Below the pieces are notes generated by a model. That model saw only the letters and a list, made by a program, of their open reading frames with translations. It was not told where the DNA came from and searched no databases. Made by a program: the position numbers and the translations under genes. From Christensenellaceae bacterium (GTDB taxonomy: Bacteria; Bacillota; Clostridia; Christensenellales; Borkfalkiaceae), in contig JAZSOI010000028.1 in the NCBI GenBank assembly GCA_045536835.1, forward strand, positions 3,172 through 67,171: a stretch of DNA of 64,000 bases, read 5' to 3'. Each line of letters starts with the position of its first letter. Position 1 is the stretch's first letter. Below, piece by piece: positions 51,581 through 61,338 of the stretch.

Positions 51581-51826
51581 TTATTCGTTTTCCAAATGTT
51601 TTTTGAGTGCTTTTGAAAGTTGGTCGGGACACGACGTGCCGTTTCTACATTTTATTCCTTCAAGAAGGGGAATAATCTCTTCGATTTTTCTGCCTTCAAC
51701 GAGTTTTGCTATCCCTTGTAAGTTGCCCATGCAACCCCCGATAAACTTAACCCCTTTTACTACGCCGTCTTCAACGTCGTACATAATTTGCCTGCTACAA
51801 GTTCCGTGTGTGTTAAAAGTGTACAT
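51581..51826 (-). CDS. TSCPD domain protein (TIGR03905-like)
   Basis: C-terminal GTSCPDQL motif. Start taken at MYTFNTHGTCS after AAGGAGA. Confidence 0.7.
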   Translation of the reverse strand: MYTFNTHGTCSRQIMYDVEDGVVKGVKFIGGCMGNLQGIAKLVEGRKIEEIIPLLEGIKCRNGTSCPDQLSKALKKHLENE

Positions 51827-51851
51827 AATTCTCCTTTGTAATAGCGGGATA

Positions 51852-52376
51852 TCAGTCAACCAAATGGTCGTAGATTAAAGCGTAAACGTTACCTGCTTTT
51901 TCTTCCCATTTTTTGTAAATATTTTTAGCCGTTTGTCGATTTGGAACGTTAAATTTAAGTTCTAAGAGCGGTTGCCCCATATCGTTTATTTTCAAATAAA
52001 CGGTGTAGGTTGAATCCTTATTCATATAATAGTCGGCAGAACAGTCTTGCTTTCTTCTATAATGAGCGCGGTTTTTCTTAACGAATTCCGCAATCGCTTC
52101 TCTTTGAGAAGAGGGGATTTTAACGTAGAACTCAGCCAAACAGTATCTTCCTTCGGGGGTGATAGAGTAAAGCGGTTCACCGTACTCTGAAGCGTTGTAA
52201 ACAAATCCTTCGTCAATGAGTTTGTTAAGGATAGGCTTACTGTCCATATAACTTATCCAATCGTTAGACGAGCAACACATATCAATTAGAGTGTTTTCGG
52301 AAAGAGGACATTCCATCTTGTCAAAAACGAATAAAAGTATTAACTTTGTAACGAACGATTCGCCCTTAACAAGCAT
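51852..52376 (-). CDS. DUF4364-like protein (putative winged-helix regulator)
   Basis: 174 aa. The family call comes from overall sequence resemblance and was not verified. Confidence 0.5.
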   Translation of the reverse strand: MLVKGESFVTKLILLFVFDKMECPLSENTLIDMCCSSNDWISYMDSKPILNKLIDEGFVYNASEYGEPLYSITPEGRYCLAEFYVKIPSSQREAIAEFVKKNRAHYRRKQDCSADYYMNKDSTYTVYLKINDMGQPLLELKFNVPNRQTAKNIYKKWEEKAGNVYALIYDHLVD

Positions 52377-52466
52377 CTTTTCCCCTCCGTAATCACTAAA
52401 AATTGAGACGTGTATTTGTAATTATACATAAAATGAAATTAAAATGCAAGACTTTTTACAAAAATC

Positions 52467-52517
52467 TTGATACCTATAATTTTTTGTGATATAATAATAT
52501 CAATTAAAAATTTGATA
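52467..52517 (+). promoter_or_regulatory. Promoter with downstream palindrome
   Basis: TTGATA (52467), 17-nt spacer, TGaTATAAT (52487-52495). Then TATCAA-N8-TTGATA (52498-52517). Confidence 0.5.
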
Positions 52518-52529
52518 AAAAGGTAAATT

Positions 52530-53324
52530 ATGAGAACGAGAGAAGAATCCTTAAATAATTTTATAAAACTCGTTGACGAGCTTATTTCGTCCAAATATCT
52601 CTTTGCAAACTCAAAAGTTTTTGAAGTTATAACGGCAATTAACTCATCTAAACTTTTAAGCGACACGTTTAATTATTTTATCGACGGTTACGATTTTCAA
52701 ACTGCGCTAATCGACGCGTTCGTTCAAAGGGGTGACGATAAATATTTTATTCTTCCCGATAAAAATAGTGACGTTTTGGCGTTTGTATACTCGCTTCTTA
52801 GGGAAATAAACTATAAAAATCTTCAACTTACCGACCTTTTAGACTTTTTTGATCCGCATAAGAACTACGACTTAGCGTACTCTAAGTTTGCAAATACGGT
52901 ACTTTTACCGTTTAAGTCGTACGCGTATCAAATAGGCATGCAAATGATAAACAGCACTCAAACGAGAGAAGAGGCAATCGCGATGAATAAAGTCGTTGAA
53001 GAAGAACCGCTCGGCATTGAAGAGACTGAAAAACTCGTTGAGCAAGCAGTTGAAAAAATCGGCAGTTACGAAAATTCACTTGCAACGCTCGTTAGACTTT
53101 TAGACCTTGAAAGGTTATCGGTTAACGACAGTAGAATTTCTCAGGCGGACGTTACCGAACTTATGTACATACTAGATCTCTTTGAAGAAAAGATAAGGGA
53201 GAAAGACAACGAGAAGATTAAACTTATCTACCTTGCGTACTTATACGCGGTAAGACCGTTTAAAAAACTTAAAAGCAACATTAAAAGAATTACCGAAATT
53301 TTAATAGAAGAGCAAGTTATTTAA
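52530..53324 (+). CDS. Hypothetical protein
   Basis: 264-aa ORF, predicted helical, no recognised motif. Tightly followed by glk. Confidence 0.5.
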   Translation: MRTREESLNNFIKLVDELISSKYLFANSKVFEVITAINSSKLLSDTFNYFIDGYDFQTALIDAFVQRGDDKYFILPDKNSDVLAFVYSLLREINYKNLQLTDLLDFFDPHKNYDLAYSKFANTVLLPFKSYAYQIGMQMINSTQTREEAIAMNKVVEEEPLGIEETEKLVEQAVEKIGSYENSLATLVRLLDLERLSVNDSRISQADVTELMYILDLFEEKIREKDNEKIKLIYLAYLYAVRPFKKLKSNIKRITEILIEEQVI

Positions 53325-53325
53325 T

Positions 53326-54279
53326 ATGTATTACGTTGGTGTTGACATAGGCGGAACTACGATAAAGACTGGCGTTGTTGACAAGACTGGTAACATCGTT
53401 TGTAAATCTGCCATAAAAACTGAAAAAATATCCCCCGAAAAACAAATGGAAAAGGTTGGGGAACAAATAACTAAGTTGCTACACAGTAGCAACTTATCTT
53501 TTGATGACGTTTTAGGTATAGGCGTTGGCTGCCCTGGTGCAATTAACGGCAAAAAAGGGATAGTTGGATACTCTTCAAACCTAAAGTGGACGGACTTTCA
53601 TTTAAAGGAAACGCTTGAAAAGATTACTGGAAAAAACGTAAGGGTTGCAAACGACGCGGACGCTGCAACTCTTGGCGAAGTTATCTTCGGCGTTGCAAAG
53701 GACTATAACGTAGTTATAATGTTAACGCTTGGAACTGGCGTTGGCGGTGGAATAGTAATAGATAAAAAACTCTACGAAGGCACTAACGGTATGGTAAGCG
53801 AACTCGGGCACATCACTTTGCGCTCGAACGGAATACCGTGCGGTTGCGGTAGGCGTGGTTGTTTTGAGCAGTACGCATCGGCTACCGCGCTTATAAGAAT
53901 TACCAAACAGGCAATGCTTAAAAATAGAGAAAGTTCTATGTGGCAAGTTGCTTCTAACTCAATAGATAACGTTGACGGTAGAACGGCGTTTATTTGTGCA
54001 AAACAAGGCGATAAGACGGCTAAACGAGTAGTTACTAAGTACGTTTCATACTTAGCGGAAGGGTGTTTGGACTATTGTAACATCTTCCGTCCGGACGCTA
54101 TCGTGTTTGGTGGGGGCATTAGTAAAGAAGGTAAATATTTAACCGATAAAGTGGTTAGTTATCTTGAAAAATACGAGTATGGTTACAAGGGAACGCCAAA
54201 GACTGCGATACTTACCGCAGCGCTTAAAAACGACGCGGGCATTATAGGCGCGGCGTCGCTCGTTGCCGAGGAGTTTTAA
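53326..54279 (+). CDS. glk: ROK family glucokinase
   Basis: GVDIGGT. ROK zinc motif CGCGRRGCFE. Confidence 0.85.
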   Translation: MYYVGVDIGGTTIKTGVVDKTGNIVCKSAIKTEKISPEKQMEKVGEQITKLLHSSNLSFDDVLGIGVGCPGAINGKKGIVGYSSNLKWTDFHLKETLEKITGKNVRVANDADAATLGEVIFGVAKDYNVVIMLTLGTGVGGGIVIDKKLYEGTNGMVSELGHITLRSNGIPCGCGRRGCFEQYASATALIRITKQAMLKNRESSMWQVASNSIDNVDGRTAFICAKQGDKTAKRVVTKYVSYLAEGCLDYCNIFRPDAIVFGGGISKEGKYLTDKVVSYLEKYEYGYKGTPKTAILTAALKNDAGIIGAASLVAEEF

Positions 54280-54280
54280 G

Positions 54281-54718
54281 ATGAGAGCGGTAGTTCAAAG
54301 GGTAAAGGAAACGAGTTTAAAAGTTGACGGAGAGTTAATATCTCAAATTCCGTTTGGGTTAATCGTTTACTTTGGCGTTAAAAAGGGCGATACTTACGAG
54401 CAAGCGGACTATCTTTCAGGCAAAATTGCTCGCCTTAGAATATTTGAAGACGAGCAAGGCAAGATGAACAAGTCCGTTCTAGATGTTGGCGGTGAAATTT
54501 TAAGCGTTTCGCAGTTTACTTTATACGGCGACGTTTCGCACGGCAACAGACCTAGTTTTATCGATGCCGAAGTTCCTAGTATTGCCGAGCCTATATACGA
54601 TTATTTTTGTGAAAAATTATCTACTTACGGCATAGCCGTAAAAAAGGGAGTGTTCGGTGCGGATATGAAGATAAGTCAGTTATCCGACGGGCCTGTAACG
54701 ATTATTTACGATATTTAA
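54281..54718 (+). CDS. dtd: D-aminoacyl-tRNA deacylase
   Basis: MRAVVQRV...SQFTLYGD...NRPSF. Confidence 0.93.
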   Translation: MRAVVQRVKETSLKVDGELISQIPFGLIVYFGVKKGDTYEQADYLSGKIARLRIFEDEQGKMNKSVLDVGGEILSVSQFTLYGDVSHGNRPSFIDAEVPSIAEPIYDYFCEKLSTYGIAVKKGVFGADMKISQLSDGPVTIIYDI

Positions 54719-54719
54719 T

Positions 54720-55394
54720 ATGAACGAAAAATTATTAAAGCAAGAACTTTTAAATTTAGGTGCTGACTTAGTTGGGTTTTCACGCCTTGAAAAGTCGCCC
54801 ATTAATAGTCAAGAAAATTTAATTTACGCTATAACCGTTGCGGTAAAACTTCCCGACGCCGTTTTGAAAACCATTGAAGAACGCCCGACCATCGAGTATT
54901 TTCACGCGTATAGAACTGCTAACGCGCTACTAGATAGAATTACTTTTTTAGGCGCAAGGTTTATTGAAAAGCAAGGCTTTAACGCATTTCCTATCCCAGC
55001 GTCGCAGTCGACGGCGGACGATAAAAGTTTATATCGCGGAGCGTTTTCACACAAGACTGGCGCAAGGTTATCTGGGCTTGGTTTTATCGGAAAAAACGCT
55101 TTGTTTATAAGTAAAGATTACGGTTCTAAGGTTAGGCTTGCAACCATACTTACCGATATGCAAGTGGAAAGCGAACTTCCTATCATTGAAAACGGTTGCG
55201 GTGAATGCATGCTTTGCTGTAAATCTTGCCCGGCGGGTGCGATAAGCGGAATTCCATACAAAAGCGGAATGGAAAGGGACGAGTTCTTCTCTGCGGAAAA
55301 GTGTTCAAACCATATGAAGACTTATAAGGATATCGGCAGGGGCGCAGTTTGCGGTATTTGCATAAAAGTTTGCCCGTATAACCGCCTTAAATAA
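54720..55394 (+). CDS. 4Fe-4S cluster protein, QueG/reductive-dehalogenase-like C-terminal domain
   Basis: CGECMLCCKSCP and CGICIKVCP ferredoxin motifs. Confidence 0.6.
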   Translation: MNEKLLKQELLNLGADLVGFSRLEKSPINSQENLIYAITVAVKLPDAVLKTIEERPTIEYFHAYRTANALLDRITFLGARFIEKQGFNAFPIPASQSTADDKSLYRGAFSHKTGARLSGLGFIGKNALFISKDYGSKVRLATILTDMQVESELPIIENGCGECMLCCKSCPAGAISGIPYKSGMERDEFFSAEKCSNHMKTYKDIGRGAVCGICIKVCPYNRLK

Positions 55395-55455
55395 TTGACA
55401 AAGGCGAGTTTATAGTATATATTATACTAGATTAAATTTTACAAAAGTTGTGATT

Positions 55456-56007
55456 ATGAGAGATTTAAAGATTTCTCTCGCTGGTGATTTAGGTAGTGGA
55501 AAGACTACCGTCGGCGAGATTTTAACTGAAAAATACGGGCTTGAAAAGGTTTCTATCGGCAAGATTATGCGCAAGATGGCGGATGAGCACGGTTTATCCG
55601 TAGCCGACTTTAATCGCTATATGGAAACTCACCCAGAATACGACAAGTTGGTTGACGATAAACTTAAAAGTTACGAAAATCAAAGCGGAAAATTCCTTTT
55701 CGATTCTCGAATGGCTTGGCATTTCGTTCCGTCGAGTTTCTCGGTATATATGCAAGTTGACGTTAAAACTAGTGCGGAACGCATTATAAATGCGGGGAGA
55801 GTTGACGAGACTTACGTTGACGTTGAAACCGCGGTTAAAGAAATCAAAAAGCGCCGTGAAAGTGAGATAGTTAGATACAACGCGTTGTACGGCGTTGATA
55901 TTATGGATATGTCGAATTACGATTTAGTAGTTGATACTAACGGCAAAACCCCTACGGAAGTTGCCGACTATATTATAGAAAATTTTGAAAAATGGCTTAA
56001 GAGGTAA
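55456..56007 (+). CDS. P-loop kinase, cytidylate kinase-like
   Basis: Walker A GDLGSGKTT. TTGACA promoter at 55396. ATG at 55456 is preferred over GTG at 55450. Confidence 0.6.
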   Translation: MRDLKISLAGDLGSGKTTVGEILTEKYGLEKVSIGKIMRKMADEHGLSVADFNRYMETHPEYDKLVDDKLKSYENQSGKFLFDSRMAWHFVPSSFSVYMQVDVKTSAERIINAGRVDETYVDVETAVKEIKKRRESEIVRYNALYGVDIMDMSNYDLVVDTNGKTPTEVADYIIENFEKWLKR

Positions 56008-56014
56008 TATTAAG

Positions 56015-57583
56015 ATGCATTGGGCTGAAAAATTAGCATTAGACGTTATAGGTAGAAACCCTAACAAAGAAGAGTACGTTTGCGCGGCTGGTATTAGTCC
56101 GTCTGGTTCCGTTCACATCGGTAACTTTAGAGACGTTGCAACCAGTTATTATGTTGTAAAAGCGCTTAGAAAAATGGGTAAAAAAGCGAGATTATTATTC
56201 TCGTGGGACGAGTTTGATAGGCTTAGAAAAGTTCCTTCAAACGTTGCGCCTATTTGCCCCGATTTCGACAAATATTTAGGTATGCCTTACGCACTTATTC
56301 CCGATCCGTACGGCACTCATTCATCATACGCCGAGCATAACGAAAAGGAATTTGAACAGTCTTTACAAGAACTTGGCATCGACGTTGATTTCCGTTATCA
56401 AGCAAAAAAATATATGAACGGCGATTATACCGAAGGTATAATTAACGCCATCAAAAAGAGAAAGGAAATCTACGACGTTTTAATGGAATACAAAACGCAA
56501 GATAGCGATGAAGGTGAGCGTGAAAACTACTATCCGTTAAACGTATACTGTTCAACTTGCGGTAAGGATACCACTAAGGTTATTTCCGCTAGTGAAGACG
56601 GGGAAGAACTCACCTTTACTTGTAAGTGTGGTGCAACTCATACCGTAAAGGTTAGAGAATATCACATGATTAAACTCGTTTGGAAGGTAGACTGGCCGAT
56701 GCGTTGGGGTTACGAAGGCGTTGACTTTGAGCCGGGCGGAATTGACCACGCTGCGGCAAGCGGTAGTTTCGTAGTTGCAAGCGATATTGCAAGAAAGGTT
56801 TTAGGCGTTGAGCCCCCGCTTTTCCAAGGTTACGGTTGGTTGTCAATCGCAGGTCTTGGTGATATGCACTCTTCAACGGGCAATAACATCACACCAGCAA
56901 CCGTTATGAAAGTTTACGAGCCCGATATGGTTAGATGGCTTTTTGCAAAGTACGAGCCAAAGGCTGGTTTCTCGTTTAATTTTGACGATACTATTATTCG
57001 CCACTATTCCGAGTTCGACAAGGGCTTAGAAGCGTACAAGAACGGCGAAGCCGACGAGTATAACGAATGGGTTTACGACCTTGCTATGCTTGACGGTAAT
57101 AAGACTCGTTCTAAGGTTCCTTTCGGCGTTCTTTCTTCCGTTGCAACTATAGTTGACTTTAACCCCGTTGCAGTTAAGGATATATTAGCGAAAGTTGGCG
57201 TTGAGTTTACTGAACAAGACAACGTTCGTCTTGAAAGGGTTAAGAACTGGATAACCGTTCATCAACCGAGCAAACTCTATAAACTTTTAAAGAACAAAAA
57301 CGAAGAATACTACGCTACTTTAACCGAAGAAGAAAAAGTTGCCGTTAAAAAACTTTACGAATACGTTACCACTAGCGACTCAATCGGTGAAAAGGACGTT
57401 CAACAGTATTTATATTCGTTAATCAACGACGAAACGCTCACTAAAAAAGAGAATATGGCTCGTCAACAAAGGTTCTTTAAGGTGTTCTACAACTTATTAT
57501 TCGGTACGGATATGGGTCCAAGGCTTTATCTCTTCCTTGCAGCAATTGATAAAAACGAATATTCTTTCCTTTTAAACTTCTAA
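56015..57583 (+). CDS. lysK: Class I lysine--tRNA ligase
   Basis: MHWAEK N-terminus, GSVHIGN (HIGH-type motif), internal Cys4 ribbon CSTCG...CKCG. Length of about 520 aa is typical of class I LysRS. Confidence 0.8.
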   Translation: MHWAEKLALDVIGRNPNKEEYVCAAGISPSGSVHIGNFRDVATSYYVVKALRKMGKKARLLFSWDEFDRLRKVPSNVAPICPDFDKYLGMPYALIPDPYGTHSSYAEHNEKEFEQSLQELGIDVDFRYQAKKYMNGDYTEGIINAIKKRKEIYDVLMEYKTQDSDEGERENYYPLNVYCSTCGKDTTKVISASEDGEELTFTCKCGATHTVKVREYHMIKLVWKVDWPMRWGYEGVDFEPGGIDHAAASGSFVVASDIARKVLGVEPPLFQGYGWLSIAGLGDMHSSTGNNITPATVMKVYEPDMVRWLFAKYEPKAGFSFNFDDTIIRHYSEFDKGLEAYKNGEADEYNEWVYDLAMLDGNKTRSKVPFGVLSSVATIVDFNPVAVKDILAKVGVEFTEQDNVRLERVKNWITVHQPSKLYKLLKNKNEEYYATLTEEEKVAVKKLYEYVTTSDSIGEKDVQQYLYSLINDETLTKKENMARQQRFFKVFYNLLFGTDMGPRLYLFLAAIDKNEYSFLLNF

Positions 57584-57587
57584 TATG

Positions 57588-57612
57588 AAACTCCGCTTAC
57601 GGCGGAGTTTTT
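57588..57612 (+). terminator. Intrinsic terminator after lysK
   Basis: AAACTCCGC-TTACG-GCGGAGTTT plus Ts. Confidence 0.8.
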
Positions 57613-57711
57613 GTTTAGTTTTGTTTATATAAGAGTTTGTTTTTGTTTATTTACATTGCTATAAATAAGTTTTATAATTGTACTATAAGGACAACACAGA
57701 AAGGGATTAAA

Positions 57712-58593
57712 ATGAAGAACATCGTTATATTAGGTTGTGAAAATAGCCACGCGAACACATTTTTAAACTTTATCAAAGACGACGCTAAGTATAAAGAAGT
57801 AAAAGTCGTTGGCGTTTACAGTGAAGATATCGAAGCGTCGAAAAAACTTCAAGATAAGTACGGCGTTCCCGTAATGGAAAGTTACGATGAGATGGTTGGT
57901 CAAGTTGACGGTGTTATCGTTACTGCGCGCCACGGCAAAAATCACTATAAATACGCAAAGCCTTATATTGCTAGCGGTGTTCCTATGTTTATTGACAAGC
58001 CCGTTACGGTTGACGGTGAAGAAGCCGTTCAATTTATGAAAGAGTGCAAAAAAGCTAAGGTTAGAATAACCGGAGGCTCGTGTGCGGTTCACGCTAAGGA
58101 AGTTAAGAGACTTAAAAAAGAAAATCTTAAAGAAGTTGACGGAAAAACCATCGGTGGTTTCGTGAGAGCACCGCTTAATATGCACAACGTTTGGGGTGGA
58201 TTTTATTTTTACGCCGACCACTTAGTTTCTATACTGGCCGAAGTGTTTGGAAGATATCCTAAGAGTGTAAAAGCGTTCGTTAAGGATAATAAGATTACTG
58301 CAGTCGTTCGCTACGAAAATTACGACGTTTCTACTTTATTCTTTGAAGGAAACGCTTGGACTTATTACGCAATGCGTGTTGCTGAAAAAGCGGTTAAACT
58401 TAAAGAAGTCCCAGTAGTTTCTGATGATTTATATTGCTTTAAAAAGGAGTTTGACGAGTTCCACCGCATTTTAATGGGCGGTAGACAAAAAGTTTCTTAC
58501 AAAGATTTCATTGCAACGGTATTTATTATAGACGCCATCAACGAGTCTATCGTAACTGGTGAAGAAGTAATGGTTAAGGAGTACGATATTTAA
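57712..58593 (+). CDS. Gfo/Idh/MocA-like oxidoreductase (short form)
   Basis: Start taken at MKNIVILGCENSHA. Rossmann-like N-terminus. Confidence 0.65.
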   Translation: MKNIVILGCENSHANTFLNFIKDDAKYKEVKVVGVYSEDIEASKKLQDKYGVPVMESYDEMVGQVDGVIVTARHGKNHYKYAKPYIASGVPMFIDKPVTVDGEEAVQFMKECKKAKVRITGGSCAVHAKEVKRLKKENLKEVDGKTIGGFVRAPLNMHNVWGGFYFYADHLVSILAEVFGRYPKSVKAFVKDNKITAVVRYENYDVSTLFFEGNAWTYYAMRVAEKAVKLKEVPVVSDDLYCFKKEFDEFHRILMGGRQKVSYKDFIATVFIIDAINESIVTGEEVMVKEYDI

Positions 58594-59429
58594 TGGTAAA
58601 TTATCGCTTATCTGCTTTTGCGGACGAATATGACGACAGTTTTGCTTTGCAATGCAAGGCGTTAAACGAATTTGGCTATAAAAATATAGAAATTCGCGGT
58701 GTCGACGGTAAAAACGTTTCAACTCTTAGTGAAAATGAAGTTTTATTAGTTAAGAAAACGCTTGAAGAATATAATCTCGGCGTTTCGTCCATAGGTTCGC
58801 CCATCGGCAAGATTAAACTTGACGGAGATATGAGCGCGCATTTAGAAATGGCCGAGCGTGTTTTCAAAACTGCAAACGTAGTAGGCGCAAAAAACGTAAG
58901 AATATTTAGTTTTTATCTTCCCGACGGTAAAAGTAGGGAAGAGTGCAAGGAAGAAGTATTTTTGGCACTTGAAAAACTTGTTAACCTTGCAGACAGTTAC
59001 GGCGTTACGCTTTGCCACGAAAACGAAGCGCTTATCTACGGTGAAAGCCCCGAGTGTTGCCTTGAAATTTTAGAGCATTTCGGTGGAAAACTCAAATGCG
59101 TTTTCGATATGGGAAACTTTGTTTTAGACGGTTATAATCCGTATGACGCGTACCTCAAACTATACGATTATATCGAATATTTCCATATTAAAGATTCGCT
59201 TTACGCAGGCGCGATTGTTCCCGCTGGTAAGGGCGAGGCGCAAATCAAGAAAATTCTTGATGATTATAGAAGTAAAAACGATAACTTCTTTATAACGCTT
59301 GAACCTCACCTTCAAACATTTTCAGGGCTTAATGCGTTAGTTGGCAAGAGTTTTGATAACCCCTACAAATACGAAAATCAAAAGGTTGCGTTTACGGACG
59401 CAGTTAAAAAATTGAGTGAATTATTATGA
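58593..59429 (+). CDS. Sugar phosphate isomerase/epimerase (xylose isomerase-like TIM barrel)
   Basis: 278 aa with an HENE...DMGNF...H.KD metal-ligand pattern. Confidence 0.75.
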   Translation: MVNYRLSAFADEYDDSFALQCKALNEFGYKNIEIRGVDGKNVSTLSENEVLLVKKTLEEYNLGVSSIGSPIGKIKLDGDMSAHLEMAERVFKTANVVGAKNVRIFSFYLPDGKSREECKEEVFLALEKLVNLADSYGVTLCHENEALIYGESPECCLEILEHFGGKLKCVFDMGNFVLDGYNPYDAYLKLYDYIEYFHIKDSLYAGAIVPAGKGEAQIKKILDDYRSKNDNFFITLEPHLQTFSGLNALVGKSFDNPYKYENQKVAFTDAVKKLSELL

Positions 59430-60184
59430 GAACGTTTTTAAAAGATAAACTTAAAGTAAACATTTACGACAATAGGGTTGAAATGGGCGAAAATTCCGCA
59501 AAGGATATAAAAGATTGCATTGTTAAACTATTATCTCAAAAAGATGAAATCAATATGATTTTCGCCGCTGCGCCTTCGCAAAACGACGTATTGAAAGCGC
59601 TCGTTAACGACAATGACATCGAGTGGAATAAAATCAACGCTTATCATATGGACGAGTATATTGGTCTTGATAAAAACGCGCCCCAAGGTTTTGGCAATTT
59701 CTTGATGAGAAGTATTTTCTCTCTAGTTCCTTTCAAAAGTGTAAATTTAATCGACGCTGAGGCAAGTGATGCTGAAAAGGAAGCGGAAAGATATTCAAAA
59801 CTTTTGCTTGATAATCCTACTGATATCGTAGTTTTAGGAATAGGGGAAAACGGTCATATTGCGTTTAATGACCCCGGTGTTGCAGACTTTAAAGATAAAA
59901 AGATTGTAAAGGCGGTTGAACTTGACGACGTGTGCCGTCAACAACAAGTAAACGACGGTTGTTTTAGTTCTATTGATTGCGTGCCTAAAACCGCTTTAAC
60001 GCTCACCGTTCCAACGCTTACAAAAGCGCCGTACTTATTCTGTATCGTTCCTGCGAAAACTAAGGCAAATGCAGTCTATAAGACGGTTAACGGCGAAATT
60101 AACGAAGAGTGTCCAGCAACTATTTTAAGACTTTGCGACAATTCGATTTTGTATTTAGATAACGAGAGTTCAAAATTATTATGA
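59426..60184 (+). CDS. nagB: Glucosamine-6-phosphate deaminase
   Basis: AYHMDEYIGL, LGIGENGHIAFNDP. Confidence 0.9.
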   Translation: MRTFLKDKLKVNIYDNRVEMGENSAKDIKDCIVKLLSQKDEINMIFAAAPSQNDVLKALVNDNDIEWNKINAYHMDEYIGLDKNAPQGFGNFLMRSIFSLVPFKSVNLIDAEASDAEKEAERYSKLLLDNPTDIVVLGIGENGHIAFNDPGVADFKDKKIVKAVELDDVCRQQQVNDGCFSSIDCVPKTALTLTVPTLTKAPYLFCIVPAKTKANAVYKTVNGEINEECPATILRLCDNSILYLDNESSKLL

Positions 60185-61326
60185 TAAGAATTAAAAGCGA
60201 TAAAATTATCGTAGGCGAGAATTTATTTAGCGGTTACGTTTATATCGATAACGGCGTTATATTTGACGTTACCGATAAAGAAATGCCGTTTGAAACCGAA
60301 TACGATTATACAGGCAATTTCGTAAGCCCAGGCTTTATTGAAACTCACACTCACGGCGGTGGTGGTTATCCTTTCTTATCGTCTTCAGTAGATAGCGTAA
60401 TAAACGCTTGTGATTTCCATTTAACTCACGGTGCAACGAGCATTGTTCCAACCGTTTCAACTGATAGTTTTACTGCTATGAAACAAGCGGTTGAAAATAT
60501 TTCTAAGGCAAAAAAGAGTGGAAAATCTAAGGCGAAAATATTAGGTGCACATTTAGAAGGTCCATATTTATCCGACAAGCAAACGGGTGCTCAATCTGGT
60601 GGAAACGTAAAGCGACCTGTTGAAGAAGAATACGTTGGGTTAATCGATGAGTTTAACGGTGATATTTTCCGTTGGACTTACGCGCCCGAACAAGATACTG
60701 ACGCAAAGTTTTGCAAATATCTATCTTCTCGTGGGATAGTGGTATCCGCTGGGCATACTGACGCCGTTTTTGACGATATGAAAAAAGCCGTAGAAAGCGG
60801 CTGTAATTTAGTAACTCATTTATATAGTTGCACGTCAACGATAACGAGAAATCAAGGTTTTAGAAGTTTAGGCGTTATTGAAAGCGCATATTTACTTGAT
60901 GACCTTTTCGTTGAAATTATAGCGGACGGAAAGCATCTTCCCCCAGAACTTATCAAAATGATAGTTAAAATTAAAGGTGCTGATAAAGTTATATTAACGA
61001 CGGATAGTTTAGAAATTGTAGGCTCATCAGTGTTAAGCGGTGTTATGAGCGGTGTAGAGTATGACGTTGAAGACGGCGTTTGCAAACTAAAAGACCGTTC
61101 TGGCTTTGCAGGAAGCATTGCAACTTGCAATTCTTTAATTAAAACGCTCGTGTTCGAGTGCGGTTATTCCGTTCCGTTTGCGGTTCAAATGATAACTGAA
61201 ACCCCAGCAAAACTCTTTAATTTAAACGCAGGTTCTTTTGCTAAGGGAAAGGATGCGGACGTTGTTGTGTTCGACGATAAAATTGACGTTTTAAGCGTTT
61301 TCGTTTCGGGTAAAAAAGCAATTTAA
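60181..61326 (+). CDS. nagA: N-acetylglucosamine-6-phosphate deacetylase
   Basis: GFIETHTHGGGG, HLEGPY, AGHTDA, TDS. Confidence 0.88.
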   Translation: MIRIKSDKIIVGENLFSGYVYIDNGVIFDVTDKEMPFETEYDYTGNFVSPGFIETHTHGGGGYPFLSSSVDSVINACDFHLTHGATSIVPTVSTDSFTAMKQAVENISKAKKSGKSKAKILGAHLEGPYLSDKQTGAQSGGNVKRPVEEEYVGLIDEFNGDIFRWTYAPEQDTDAKFCKYLSSRGIVVSAGHTDAVFDDMKKAVESGCNLVTHLYSCTSTITRNQGFRSLGVIESAYLLDDLFVEIIADGKHLPPELIKMIVKIKGADKVILTTDSLEIVGSSVLSGVMSGVEYDVEDGVCKLKDRSGFAGSIATCNSLIKTLVFECGYSVPFAVQMITETPAKLFNLNAGSFAKGKDADVVVFDDKIDVLSVFVSGKKAI

Positions 61327-61338
61327 AAAGCCTTAAAA

